Shown here: positions 10,804-20,168 of the stretch, in pieces
Numbering within the stretch: the stretch's first letter is position 1
Layout: every line of letters starts with the position of its first letter
From: an uncultured candidatus Porisulfidus sp.
GTDB lineage: Bacteria; Pseudomonadota; Gammaproteobacteria; Poriferisulfidales; Oxydemutatoraceae
Length of the DNA stretch: 64,000 nucleotides
NCBI GenBank assembly: GCA_965215125.1
Contig: OZ244052.1
Span: 1,184,001 to 1,248,000 of the forward strand
Direction of reading: 5' to 3'
The notes under the pieces: model-generated
The model's input: the letters and a program-made list of their open reading frames with translations, nothing else
The model's database searches: none
What the model was told of the DNA's origin: nothing
Program-made: the position numbers and the translations under genes

Positions 10804-11970
10804 ATGGGCAGGACAATTTTTTTATTATGGTGTTTTTTATCCTCGGTTGCGCCTGCCGATAATGAAGTAATAGAAAAAGAAACTGCGGAAATTAATTTGG
10901 CAAAGGCTTTTACTGCAATCTCTACGGGAGAAGTACAAAAAGCGAAGTCTATTTTGGTAGCTACTTTGGAACACCACCCGAACTTTCATCTTGCTAGAAT
11001 GGTCTACGCAGATCTGATTGCTGTTCAAGCACGGCATTCTCCTTTGTTGGCGGATCCTGTCGCACAGAGTAAGGCGCGTATTTCCGGGTTGGCCGAGGAA
11101 GCCGTTGCGCGTCTAGTGCAGAAGCCTCCCCAATCAAACGAGCTACCTGTCGATATCGTGCAGTTGTCGCAAAATCACCGGCATGTATTATTGTTTGATG
11201 CCGAGTACTCGCGTTTGTATGTATTCAAAAATCACCAAGGCACACCGCATTTAATTGCCGACTATTACGCATCCGCCGGCAAAGACGGCATGGATAAGGA
11301 GAGAGAAGGAGACAATCGCACGCCCAGCGGGGTATATAAAATCACTTATACTCTAGATGATGATCAATTGCCCGAACTCTATGGAATCGGAGCCTATGTG
11401 CTGAATTATCCCAACCGATGGGATCAAACTCTACGCCGTAGCGGTTCCGGTATATGGCTACACGGAGTTCCTCGTATCACCTACAGTCGCCCCCCCGAGA
11501 CCAGTCGCGGTTGCGTTGTTAGTAGCAACTCGGTCATGCAATGGCTGAAGGATTACATTAATCCGAGCAAAACGCCGGTGGTATTAGCAAACCGAGTGGA
11601 TTGGCTGGATACGGTGTCGTGGCAAGCACACCGAAAACAGTTATTATCAATGATAGAACAATGGCAAAGCGATTGGCAAAGTTTAGATGTAGAACGATAC
11701 CTAAAGCATTACTCTGCGCAATACCGAGATGTGAAACTTAATTATCAACAAATGTTGAACCAAACCCGACGTAACGCCGAGAAGAAAACCTTCGTTAAGG
11801 TAGCGATTAAAGAGATAGATTTATTCCGCTATTCAACGAAGCCGGAACGCTATATCGTGCATTTTGACCAAGACTATAAAAGCAATAACTACAATATCGC
11901 TTATCGCAAACAGCAAATTTGGCAACGCGAAAACGGCGAATGGAAAATTATTTTTGAAGGACGGGTATAA
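10804..11970 (+). CDS. L,D-transpeptidase/carboxypeptidase (YkuD + NTF2-like, Csd6-like)
   Basis: EGDNRTPSGVY, GIWLHG...SRGCV catalytic motif, C-terminal WKIIFE. Confidence 0.85.
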   Translation: MGRTIFLLWCFLSSVAPADNEVIEKETAEINLAKAFTAISTGEVQKAKSILVATLEHHPNFHLARMVYADLIAVQARHSPLLADPVAQSKARISGLAEEAVARLVQKPPQSNELPVDIVQLSQNHRHVLLFDAEYSRLYVFKNHQGTPHLIADYYASAGKDGMDKEREGDNRTPSGVYKITYTLDDDQLPELYGIGAYVLNYPNRWDQTLRRSGSGIWLHGVPRITYSRPPETSRGCVVSSNSVMQWLKDYINPSKTPVVLANRVDWLDTVSWQAHRKQLLSMIEQWQSDWQSLDVERYLKHYSAQYRDVKLNYQQMLNQTRRNAEKKTFVKVAIKEIDLFRYSTKPERYIVHFDQDYKSNNYNIAYRKQQIWQRENGEWKIIFEGRV

Positions 11971-11982
11971 ACGACCGAATGT

Positions 11983-12822
11983 TTAGTCGGGTTGCGGCAC
12001 GTTATAGCGAAGCCAGCGCACTAGATCCACCCACATCGTGCGCAAATCATGATCGCCGGGCATATAACGCGACGATTTCAATTCTATCGTTAGCACCGGT
12101 ATCGCCAAATCCTCGCCGGCATAACGACCTAAAGAACCGGGAAAGGTTTTTAGGTCGCTGAACTTCAAAGAACCTAAAAAGTTGGGAGGCTTTACCGATG
12201 TGGGACCGTCGTAGTCAACCAAGCCGTAAGGCGCATGTAGTGAAACGATTACATCGGGTTGGAAATTTTTAATTTTCTTTTCCAGCCAACGACTCTCGCT
12301 TTCACTGCGCGCAAATTGTCCGGGATAACGACGTGGATCGCTACCGGTTTGCTGCATCCAATACGATAATGCCTCGCTTTCCCAATCGTCACTTGCCAAA
12401 TTTCTATTTAGATCTACCCCATTGGCATTGGTGCGCGTGGCAGGGCTTTGCAGCAAGCCGTCCAAGTTGATCGCCGGCGCAAAATGCCAGTGGAATAACC
12501 CCGAATGATGGCGGTCTAGTATTGCCATCCACTTAAAAGAGACGCTGAACGAGGCATACTCGTCTCCGTGAGTACCACCGATAAACAAAACCCGAGCTAG
12601 CGGTTGTCTGCTCTCCAGCGGTGGATATTCTTTATATAGAATGGCACGCCCTTGCCCGGTATAAGCACCGCTTCCGACGAGTTGCAAATCCAGACATTCC
12701 TGCACACTAACCGAAGACAGTTTATTGCCGAGCAAACGACACACTTGATGTACCTCGGTGTGCTCCTCTGCATAACCGAAAAATCTCGGAAGCAAAATCA
12801 ACATTAAAATCAATAATCGCAT
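11983..12822 (-). CDS. M14 zinc carboxypeptidase, murein peptide amidase MpaA-like
   Basis: GGTHGDE, NANGVDLNRN, SLH, TIE motifs; signal peptide from ATG 12822. Confidence 0.8.
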   Translation of the reverse strand: MRLLILMLILLPRFFGYAEEHTEVHQVCRLLGNKLSSVSVQECLDLQLVGSGAYTGQGRAILYKEYPPLESRQPLARVLFIGGTHGDEYASFSVSFKWMAILDRHHSGLFHWHFAPAINLDGLLQSPATRTNANGVDLNRNLASDDWESEALSYWMQQTGSDPRRYPGQFARSESESRWLEKKIKNFQPDVIVSLHAPYGLVDYDGPTSVKPPNFLGSLKFSDLKTFPGSLGRYAGEDLAIPVLTIELKSSRYMPGDHDLRTMWVDLVRWLRYNVPQPD

Positions 12823-12880
12823 AACTATAGCAAACGTTTTGTGAGAATTATATACCGTTGTCCGCCTACGGCAACCCACC

Positions 12881-12967
12881 ATAGAATCGCCGATTGAGCC
12901 GGTAGGTCAATCGGCAATTATGATGTCTGCCCGGTAGGTCAATCGGCGTGAGGTTGTGCAGCACCTT
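12881..12967. repeat. 27-bp palindrome GCCGATTGAGCCGGTAGGTCAATCGGC plus a second half copy
   Basis: Same palindrome recurs near 16430, 19232, 31672, 33486 and 36035. Confidence 0.9.
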
Positions 12968-13021
12968 AACCCGTCGGGTAGCGCATGCATTGCAAAGTGC
13001 GTTAACCGCCAAGCAGCCCGT

Positions 13022-14716
13022 CTATCTGCGTGCTCGCATCCCGGGCATCCTACGAGCCAGCTTGGTATCGATTGATTTTGAATAGCGCGTGGTGATGGTG
13101 TTCAACGAGGAGATGTATTTGCCGAAGGCCGGCAAATAATCTCGCAGTTTGGCAAAGTCCGAACGTCTTATAAACATAAGGTGGCTCTCTTCGAGTGCGA
13201 TAAGACGCCCGGTGGTCAATATATCTTTTTCTATGGTGCGTTCACCGAAGTGGTCACCCGGCAAAATTTCCCTTTTGAACATTTTGCCGTCCTCTTCCAC
13301 TACTTCTAGTTGCAGACGACCTCTGACTACGGTGTATAGGCCGCGCAGTATTTGATTTTTTCCGGCTACGACATCGCCGGCCTTGAAACGCATGAAACAA
13401 GTACTGGAAGGCAGATGTTGTTGTACATGGACGATATTGCGAGGAATGAAGTAGTCGAACAACCAGTTGAGCGCAATGCGAATCCGTGAAACGGCACTGG
13501 GGAACATTGCCAAATAGATGGCCCGCCACAATGCCCAAGCGATAAAGCCCGAGATACGAAGGCCTTTGATCTCGGCAACGCCTCTATAATCACCGATGGA
13601 GGCAAGCGAGCCGCGAGGTTTATAGGAAAAGCCGGTGAGTGGGAGGTTGTGTATCTCTGCGACGATATTCGATGCTAAAAGGCGCGCCTGACGCACTGCA
13701 AACTGCGCAGTGGGCGGGCAAGGGTTAAACTCGTCAACCGCATTCGGGACCAGCGCAACATCGCCTAATGCCCAGATGTTGGAACAGCCGACTATACGCA
13801 ATTTGTCGTCTACCAACAATCTGCCGCGCTCGGTCGGAAAATCTAAGTTCTGCACCATTTTCGGCAGCGAATTTCCGACCGTGGAGACGACGGTTCTACA
13901 GCCGATGATCTGGCCGTTATCGAGTTCTACCGCATCGGCGGTCATTCCGGTAAGCATTGTGTTCGTGACAATCTCAATACCTCTGGCTTCAAGTTTGCGC
14001 TTAACATATTCCGAAAGTTTTTCACCCATCTCAGGCAGAATTCTATCGCCGCTATGCACGAGTACCATCCGTATCCGAGCTTTGCTTATGTGCGGATAGA
14101 AGCGTAAGGTGCGATGTATCATCTCCTGTAGCTCGCCGATTGTTTCGATGCCGGAAAATCCGCCGCCACCGACTACGAAACATAGATTCTTCGTAATAGC
14201 CTCTTCGTCTTTATCGCTGTCGGATTCTTCCAAACATTCGATAATATGGTTTCTAAGCAAATACGCGTCGGACAGATTCTTCATTGTCAGCGCGTGTTCG
14301 GTGAAACCCGGCAACTTAGACAACTCGGGCTTTAAGCCGGTAGCAATAACCAAGTGATCGAACGGTATTTCAATCAGCTTGGAATTGGTGCCTTGGGCAA
14401 CATAGACACACCGTCTGCCTTTATCTATATCTATCACCTCTGCCGAACGTACATCTATATCCTTGAGCATCAATCTGATCGGTGTCACCGCATCCTGTAT
14501 GTTGATGACCCCCGATGCAACTTCCGGCAATAACGGCTGGAAAACAAAATAATTTTCCCTATTGATAATCTCTATTTGGTGGTTTTTCCCTAGAATTTTA
14601 TGCAGGTATTTAGCCGTGTATGCTCCACCGAAACCTGCCCCGATAATAACGATACGCATTTTACGCCTTGTCATTGTCTTAGGCGTAGATCGACGACCAG
14701 TGGTTTTTGAGGCCAC
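13022..14716 (-). CDS. Type II NADH dehydrogenase fused to a C-terminal cNMP-binding-like domain
   Basis: GAGFGG, FQPLLPEV, GGGFSGIE, PPTAQFA; C-terminal LYTVVRG...GDHFGE beta-barrel signature. Confidence 0.8.
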   Translation of the reverse strand: MASKTTGRRSTPKTMTRRKMRIVIIGAGFGGAYTAKYLHKILGKNHQIEIINRENYFVFQPLLPEVASGVINIQDAVTPIRLMLKDIDVRSAEVIDIDKGRRCVYVAQGTNSKLIEIPFDHLVIATGLKPELSKLPGFTEHALTMKNLSDAYLLRNHIIECLEESDSDKDEEAITKNLCFVVGGGGFSGIETIGELQEMIHRTLRFYPHISKARIRMVLVHSGDRILPEMGEKLSEYVKRKLEARGIEIVTNTMLTGMTADAVELDNGQIIGCRTVVSTVGNSLPKMVQNLDFPTERGRLLVDDKLRIVGCSNIWALGDVALVPNAVDEFNPCPPTAQFAVRQARLLASNIVAEIHNLPLTGFSYKPRGSLASIGDYRGVAEIKGLRISGFIAWALWRAIYLAMFPSAVSRIRIALNWLFDYFIPRNIVHVQQHLPSSTCFMRFKAGDVVAGKNQILRGLYTVVRGRLQLEVVEEDGKMFKREILPGDHFGERTIEKDILTTGRLIALEESHLMFIRRSDFAKLRDYLPAFGKYISSLNTITTRYSKSIDTKLARRMPGMRARR

Positions 14717-14856
14717 GTATATGTTTTTTTGCTGTATAATGCACCACGAATCCCCTCCGAATAAAAATTAAGGCTTGCCTATAGGCTATCATTTCGTTTA
14801 TGATAGCCCATTACTTTGCAAGAAGGAAGTAAATAAAACCGATTAAGTGATTAAAA

Positions 14857-15285
14857 ATGAGAACATACAGCGCAAAGGCTAATGAAGTTAAACGCGATTG
14901 GTTTGTAGTTGATGCAACCGATCAACCACTCGGTAGGCTGGCATCCGAAGTGGCACGGCGTTTGCGCGGCAAACATAAGCCGCAGTTTACCCCGCATATA
15001 GATGTCGGTGATCACATCATCGTTATCAATGCCGAAAAAGTGGCGGTGTCGGGCAATAAAATGCGCAACAAAATGTATTATCGTCATAGTGGCTATATTG
15101 GTTCTCTAAAATCACAATCTTTGCAGAAGTTGTTGGAAGAGCATCCCGAGCGAGTGATAGAAAAAGCCGTCAAGGGCATGTTGCCGAGAAATTCTCTGGG
15201 GCGTGCGATATTCGCTAAACTTCGGGTGTACGCCGGCGGCGCGCACCGACACGACGCACAACAGCCACAAACACTGAGGATTTAA
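14857..15285 (+). CDS. rplM: 50S ribosomal protein L13
   Basis: WFVVDA, LGRLAS, FTPHID, GMLP. Confidence 0.98.
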   Translation: MRTYSAKANEVKRDWFVVDATDQPLGRLASEVARRLRGKHKPQFTPHIDVGDHIIVINAEKVAVSGNKMRNKMYYRHSGYIGSLKSQSLQKLLEEHPERVIEKAVKGMLPRNSLGRAIFAKLRVYAGGAHRHDAQQPQTLRI

Positions 15286-15287
15286 CG

Positions 15288-15782
15288 ATGGCAAAAGAGG
15301 CGGAAACAAAAGCAAAGACCAAAACGGTGAAAACAGAAATGAAAATGGAAACAAAAGCAGCGGAAACAAAAACGAAAGCAAAAAAAGAAACCGGCAAGCG
15401 TTATTACGGCACCGGGCGGCGTAAAGCGTCGGTCGCTCGAGTTTATGTAACGACCAAAGGTTCCGGCAAAATGCGAGTGAACCAGCGCGATGTGAACGAT
15501 TACTTTAGCCGTGAGACGACTCGTATGTTAATTCATCAGCCGTTACAAGCCGTCGATAGCAAGAAGAAATTTGATTTTGAAATCACCGTCAAAGGCGGTG
15601 GGATTAGCGGACAAGCGGGAGCGATACAACTAGGAATCGCTCGTGCTTTGGTTCAACACGATGAAAATTTCAGACAGCTTTTGCGCGACAAAGGTTTTCT
15701 GACTCGCGACGCACGTGTCGTCGAGCGTAAGAAAGTCGGCTTGCGCAAGGCGCGCAAGGATGTGCAATACTCTAAACGTTAA
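15288..15782 (+). CDS. rpsI: 30S ribosomal protein S9 with K/E/T-rich N-terminal extension
   Basis: [33 protein letters not shown]. Confidence 0.97.
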   Translation: MAKEAETKAKTKTVKTEMKMETKAAETKTKAKKETGKRYYGTGRRKASVARVYVTTKGSGKMRVNQRDVNDYFSRETTRMLIHQPLQAVDSKKKFDFEITVKGGGISGQAGAIQLGIARALVQHDENFRQLLRDKGFLTRDARVVERKKVGLRKARKDVQYSKR

Positions 15783-15790
15783 ATAGAATT

Positions 15791-16174
15791 ATGTATGCGA
15801 TTATTCAAACCGGTGGCAAACAGTATAAGGTTTCTAAAGGAGACAGTATAGAGGTTGAATTGTTGCCTGCCGACGTCGACAGCAAGGTGAACTTTGACAA
15901 AGTTTTGATGCTAAACGACGAGGGCCGTGTAGAAATAGGCGCACCCTATCTGGAAAATGCGCAGGTCTCCGGCAAAGTCGTACGCTCGGCAAAGAAAGAT
16001 AAAATCAAAGTGGTCAAGTTCAGAAGGCGCAAACGCTACACGCGCACCGCAGGACACCGCCAGTCGTTTAGCGAAATAGAAATTACCGATATTCAAAGAT
16101 CACCGGAAAACGATAAGGAAGAAATGAAAAGTTCTGAGCCTGAAAAAACACCGGGAGAAGAAAATGGCACATAA
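15791..16174 (+). CDS. rplU: 50S ribosomal protein L21 with charged C-terminal tail
   Basis: [18 protein letters not shown]. Confidence 0.97.
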   Translation: MYAIIQTGGKQYKVSKGDSIEVELLPADVDSKVNFDKVLMLNDEGRVEIGAPYLENAQVSGKVVRSAKKDKIKVVKFRRRKRYTRTAGHRQSFSEIEITDIQRSPENDKEEMKSSEPEKTPGEENGT

Positions 16175-16421
16175 AAAAGCAGGTGGCAGTACCCGAAACG
16201 GGCGCGATTCACAATCCAAACGCTTGGGTGTTAAGCGATTCGGTGGTGAAATTGTCAAAGCCGGCAATATATTGATACGCCAACGCGGCACCCGATTTCA
16301 TGCCGGCACCAATGTAGGATGCGGTAAAGATTACACGCTCTACGCACTCTCCGACGGACGAGTGATATTTGAGTGCAAAGGTCCCCTCAAAAAAAGCTAC
16401 ATTAGCATCTCCCCTACCTAA
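16164..16421 (+). CDS. rpmA: 50S ribosomal protein L27
   Basis: [16 protein letters not shown]. Confidence 0.98.
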   Translation: MAHKKAGGSTRNGRDSQSKRLGVKRFGGEIVKAGNILIRQRGTRFHAGTNVGCGKDYTLYALSDGRVIFECKGPLKKSYISISPT

Positions 16422-16429
16422 ATGGCAGT

Positions 16430-16456
16430 GCCGATTGAGCCGGTAGGTAAATCGGC
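16430..16456. repeat. 27-bp palindrome copy (one mismatch)
   Basis: gccgattgagccggtaggtaaatcggc just after the rpmA stop. Confidence 0.85.
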
Positions 16457-16586
16457 GTAACTCCGCGCAGCATCTTGACATGGGTATGTAGGTCGAACAA
16501 GCTAGGGCTTGTTCTTATAAGTGCAAAGTAGTTTTTGCATTTTGTAATATTTGAGTTGCCAATGTGTTAGGGTTCTGCAGAACATT

Positions 16587-16626
16587 ACACCACTTGTGCT
16601 ACCGCAACAAGTGGTGTTTCTATTTG
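16587..16626 (+). terminator. Possible terminator/attenuator hairpin between rpmA and obgE
   Basis: 11-bp perfect stem acaccacttgt/acaagtggtgt followed by ttctatttg. Confidence 0.4.
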
Positions 16627-16675
16627 TGGGATGCCGATACTTTTTCAACAGCGGCATGTACTATACTATCTTAAA

Positions 16676-17707
16676 ATGAAGTTTGTAGACGAAGCCGCTA
16701 TTACGGTACAGGCAGGAAAAGGCGGCGACGGTTGTGTTAGCTTTCGCCGAGAACGATGCTTGCCACACGGCGGACCGGACGGTGGCGACGGTGGCGACGG
16801 TGGTTCGGTGTATCTGGTCGGCGACGAAGGACTGAACACGCTTGCCGATTTAAGACATCGGCCGCTATTCAAAGCAACCGACGGCATCAGAGGGCAAGGC
16901 TCCAACCGTTGCGGCAAGCAGGGTGACGACTTGCTGGTGCGGGTGCCGACCGGCACTGCCGTGTATCATCGTGAAACCGGTGAACTCATCGGCGATGTTT
17001 TGGAACACCGAAAAAAATTACTCGTTGCCGACGGCGGCAGGCACGGTTTGGGGAACACGCGCTTTAAATCGTCCACCAACCGCACCCCGAGACAATTCAC
17101 GCACGGCGAAGCCGGCGAATGTCGCGAGCTTTATTTGGAATTAAAGCTACTCGCCGATGTCGGATTACTCGGTTTGCCGAATGCCGGCAAATCCACATTG
17201 CTCGGTGCAATCAGTTCGGCGCGTCCGCGTATTGCCGACTATCCTTTCACTACACTATATCCTGCCTTGGGCGTGGTTAGCGCATCCGAATACCGAAGTT
17301 TTGTGGTTGCCGATATTCCCGGGCTCATAGAAGGTGCTTCCGAAGGTGTGGGTTTGGGCGTACAATTTCTAAGACATTTGCAAAGAACAAAGTTATTATT
17401 GCACTTACTCGATATCAGCACGGTGGAATCGGTGGCAGCGGCAGCGCATAATATACATTGCATAGAAAAGGAATTATCTTGTTTTGATGCAGAATTAGGT
17501 GCTAAAGAACGATGGCTGGTCTGCACCAAAACCGACAACATGGCGGACGACAAAGTAGAAGCCTTTCGCGAACAATTAGTTCGAGACATTCACTTTGCAC
17601 AACCATGTTTTACAATTTCTGCAATCAGCGGGAAGGGACTTCCCGAATTGATAAATGCCGTCTCCAACCGTTTGGAACAGATGAATTATGGAAAAACAGA
17701 AAGTTAA
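16676..17707 (+). CDS. obgE: GTPase ObgE/CgtA
   Basis: MKFVDEA, Gly-rich Obg domain, GLPNAGKS, YPFTT, DIPG. Confidence 0.97.
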   Translation: MKFVDEAAITVQAGKGGDGCVSFRRERCLPHGGPDGGDGGDGGSVYLVGDEGLNTLADLRHRPLFKATDGIRGQGSNRCGKQGDDLLVRVPTGTAVYHRETGELIGDVLEHRKKLLVADGGRHGLGNTRFKSSTNRTPRQFTHGEAGECRELYLELKLLADVGLLGLPNAGKSTLLGAISSARPRIADYPFTTLYPALGVVSASEYRSFVVADIPGLIEGASEGVGLGVQFLRHLQRTKLLLHLLDISTVESVAAAAHNIHCIEKELSCFDAELGAKERWLVCTKTDNMADDKVEAFREQLVRDIHFAQPCFTISAISGKGLPELINAVSNRLEQMNYGKTES

Positions 17708-18824
17708 AAATCAACGCTGGATTATCAAAATCGGTAGTTCTTTGGTCACCGAAAACGGCCGTGGATTAAACTTTGCCGCAATCCAAACTTGGGCATCACA
17801 GATTAAAACTTTGCACGCCCGAGGTTACCACCTTGCCGTAGTATCTTCCGGTTCTATTGCCGAAGGTATCTACCGTTTAGGTTGGGACAAGCGACCGGAT
17901 AGGCTACATCATCTGCAGGCAGCAGCAGCGGTCGGACAGATTGGATTGATGCAAGCCTATCATTCTATATTTGAAAAACAAGGCATAGGTAGCGCACAGA
18001 TATTGTTGACGCACGAAGATTTAAGTCACCGGCTACGCTATAACAACGCCCGCGCAACTTTACTATCTTTGTTTGAAATCGGCATCGTACCGATCATCAA
18101 CGAAAACGATACCGTTGCAACCGAAGAAATACAACTGGGCGACAACGATACGCTCGCCGCGCAAGTTGCCAATTTGGTCGATGCCGATGTGTTGCTGATT
18201 CTAACCGACCAAGCCGGTTTGTACGATAAAGACCCCGCTACGAATAAAGACGCAGTCGTCATCAAACACAAAAATGCTTATGACCCCGAACTCGATGCGA
18301 TTGCAGGTCCTAGCGCGAGCGGTTTGGGGCGCGGCGGCATGATCACCAAGATCAAAGCAGCGCGTACCGCAGCGTGGTCGGGCACCTCAACGATTATCGT
18401 TCACGGCATGGAAGATAATGTTATCAAACGCATTGCCGACGGAGAAAAATTGGGCACTTATCTAGAAGGCACACACCAACCTATCGCCCTTCGTAAACGG
18501 TGGATTGTCAATCGCAAAGCACGGGGAACCTTGATAATTGACGGCGGGGCGGTTGCGGCACTTCGCCAACGGCAAAAAAGCCTATTACCCATCGGTGTGA
18601 TAGATGTGGAAGGAGATTTTGGTCGTGGCGATATGGTGTTGTGCAAAGATACCGACGGGACGATAGTCGCCTACGGGTTGTCAAGCTACACTGCGCAAGA
18701 AGCGCGCAACGCCGCCGGCAAAAATAGTCGACATATAGAGCGAATCATGGGCAGCGACTACAAACCTGAAATAATACACCGCGACAACCTTACCCTAGAA
18801 GGCACCCCGGAGCAAAGCGAATAA
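17688..18824 (+). CDS. proB: Glutamate 5-kinase with PUA domain
   Basis: IKIGSS, PIINENDTV, GDNDTLAA, GGMITK, SLLPIGV. Confidence 0.96.
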   Translation: MEKQKVKNQRWIIKIGSSLVTENGRGLNFAAIQTWASQIKTLHARGYHLAVVSSGSIAEGIYRLGWDKRPDRLHHLQAAAAVGQIGLMQAYHSIFEKQGIGSAQILLTHEDLSHRLRYNNARATLLSLFEIGIVPIINENDTVATEEIQLGDNDTLAAQVANLVDADVLLILTDQAGLYDKDPATNKDAVVIKHKNAYDPELDAIAGPSASGLGRGGMITKIKAARTAAWSGTSTIIVHGMEDNVIKRIADGEKLGTYLEGTHQPIALRKRWIVNRKARGTLIIDGGAVAALRQRQKSLLPIGVIDVEGDFGRGDMVLCKDTDGTIVAYGLSSYTAQEARNAAGKNSRHIERIMGSDYKPEIIHRDNLTLEGTPEQSE

Positions 18825-18856
18825 TGCAACAGGGTGTAGATGGTGTGGGGTGTTGA

Positions 18857-19117
18857 TTACGAATTGCGCAACAGATTATTCAAGCGGCTTTTGTGGCGCG
18901 CCGCCTTGTTTTTATGAATTAAGTTCTTGTTGACACTGGAGTCGATAATCGGTACCGCCTTTTTGTAGGCTTCTTCGGCAAGCTCTTTATCGTCTGCATT
19001 GACAGCCTTGATTACATTTTTGATTGCGGTTCTAAGACGCGACCGAAGCGCAACATTATGTTCTCTATGTCGCTCCGCTTGACGCACTCGCTTACGTGCC
19101 GATGAACTATTTGCCAT
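18857..19117 (-). CDS. rpsT: 30S ribosomal protein S20
   Basis: [26 protein letters not shown]. Confidence 0.97.
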   Translation of the reverse strand: MANSSSARKRVRQAERHREHNVALRSRLRTAIKNVIKAVNADDKELAEEAYKKAVPIIDSSVNKNLIHKNKAARHKSRLNNLLRNS

Positions 19118-19193
19118 ATAACTATCTCCGTTGTTTGTGATAAGCGATTATAAGGCGAGCAGAGGAATTTGTCAAAGGTTCTGCCATCAACTA

Positions 19194-19318
19194 TTCCCCT
19201 CCTGTGGAGGGGTGGCAGGCGCAATAGAACCGCCGATTGAGCCAGTAGGTCAATCGGCGTGACATTGTGCAGAACCTTGATACATAGTACAAAATGTAAA
19301 GCCTTTCCACGGGGTGGT
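19194..19318 (+). repeat. ~125-bp composite repeat (CCCCTCC/GGAGGGG hairpin + nested 27-bp palindrome + GGGGTGGT end)
   Basis: Close copies in reverse orientation at 31613-31735 and 33427-33550. Confidence 0.9.
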
Positions 19319-19321
19319 CGA

Positions 19322-19500
19322 TGCGTATCTGCACTATTTACTCATTCATCCAATTTATGGAAACCAAAAACAAATGGAGTAAGCAGTTGCAGTTGTGCAA
19401 AACGGTACTTTTTCAACAGCCCCTGCGTATCTGCATAATTTATATATCCATCCAATTTATGGAAACCAAAAACAAATGGCGCAGGCGGTTAGATTTTTGC
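19322..19500. repeat. Imperfect ~102-bp-period direct repeat with an orphan IS-like end (19406-19422) at the junction
   Basis: tgcgtatctgca...catccaatttatggaaaccaaaaacaaatgg occurs at 19322 and 19424; tactttttcaacagccc lies between. Confidence 0.8.
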
Positions 19501-19569
19501 GATGCCCATACTCACAAATTCGGTTAGAATTTCCCATGTCCATTGATTCAAACGCAGCCATAACGACAA

Positions 19570-20160
19570 ATGCAAAACAATCCTTTCCAGCAAACACAAT
19601 TCATCGTTTCTGCGGTACGTCCCGAACAGTACCCACCGGATAACGGTGCCGAAGTTGCCATCATCGGACGCTCCAATTCCGGAAAATCAAGCACGCTCAA
19701 CGCAATATGCGCCCGCCGTAAACTTGCCAAAACAAGCAAAACACCCGGTCGCACCCAAACCATCAACTTCTTCGAAGTGATAAAGGACAAACGCCTCGTG
19801 GACCTGCCCGGCTACGGCTATGCTCGTGCTGCAGTATCCGAACAAAAAAAATGGTCTGCCTTCATCACCCGATACTTTGCCGAACGGCAAAGCCTCCAAG
19901 GTGTAGTCATCGTAATGGACGCCCGCCGCCCCCTAATGCAAAGCGACTGGCAAGTGATCCACTGGCTGAATGATGTTGCCTTCCATGTTCTACTGAACAA
20001 AACCGACAAGCTAAAACGCAGCGAGGCGGCACGATGCCTGCAAAAAACATCGGCAGCATTAACCGATTATCGTGCATCGGCACAGCTGTTCTCCGCACAA
20101 AGCGGACAAGGCGTTGCGGAGGCTAGAGAGCAACTCTCCGCGTGGTTAGGAATGAGGTGA
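19570..20160 (+). CDS. engB: Ribosome biogenesis GTPase EngB/YihA/YsxC
   Basis: GRSNSGKSS, SKTPGRTQ, DLPGYGYA, NKTDK. Confidence 0.95.
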   Translation: MQNNPFQQTQFIVSAVRPEQYPPDNGAEVAIIGRSNSGKSSTLNAICARRKLAKTSKTPGRTQTINFFEVIKDKRLVDLPGYGYARAAVSEQKKWSAFITRYFAERQSLQGVVIVMDARRPLMQSDWQVIHWLNDVAFHVLLNKTDKLKRSEAARCLQKTSAALTDYRASAQLFSAQSGQGVAEAREQLSAWLGMR

Positions 20161-20168
20161 ACGTCAAC

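Noticed and set aside
19321-19527. 68-aa ORF with internal repeat IQFMETKNKW
   Set aside because: Arises from the ~102-bp duplication and includes an IS-end sequence; no support as a real gene
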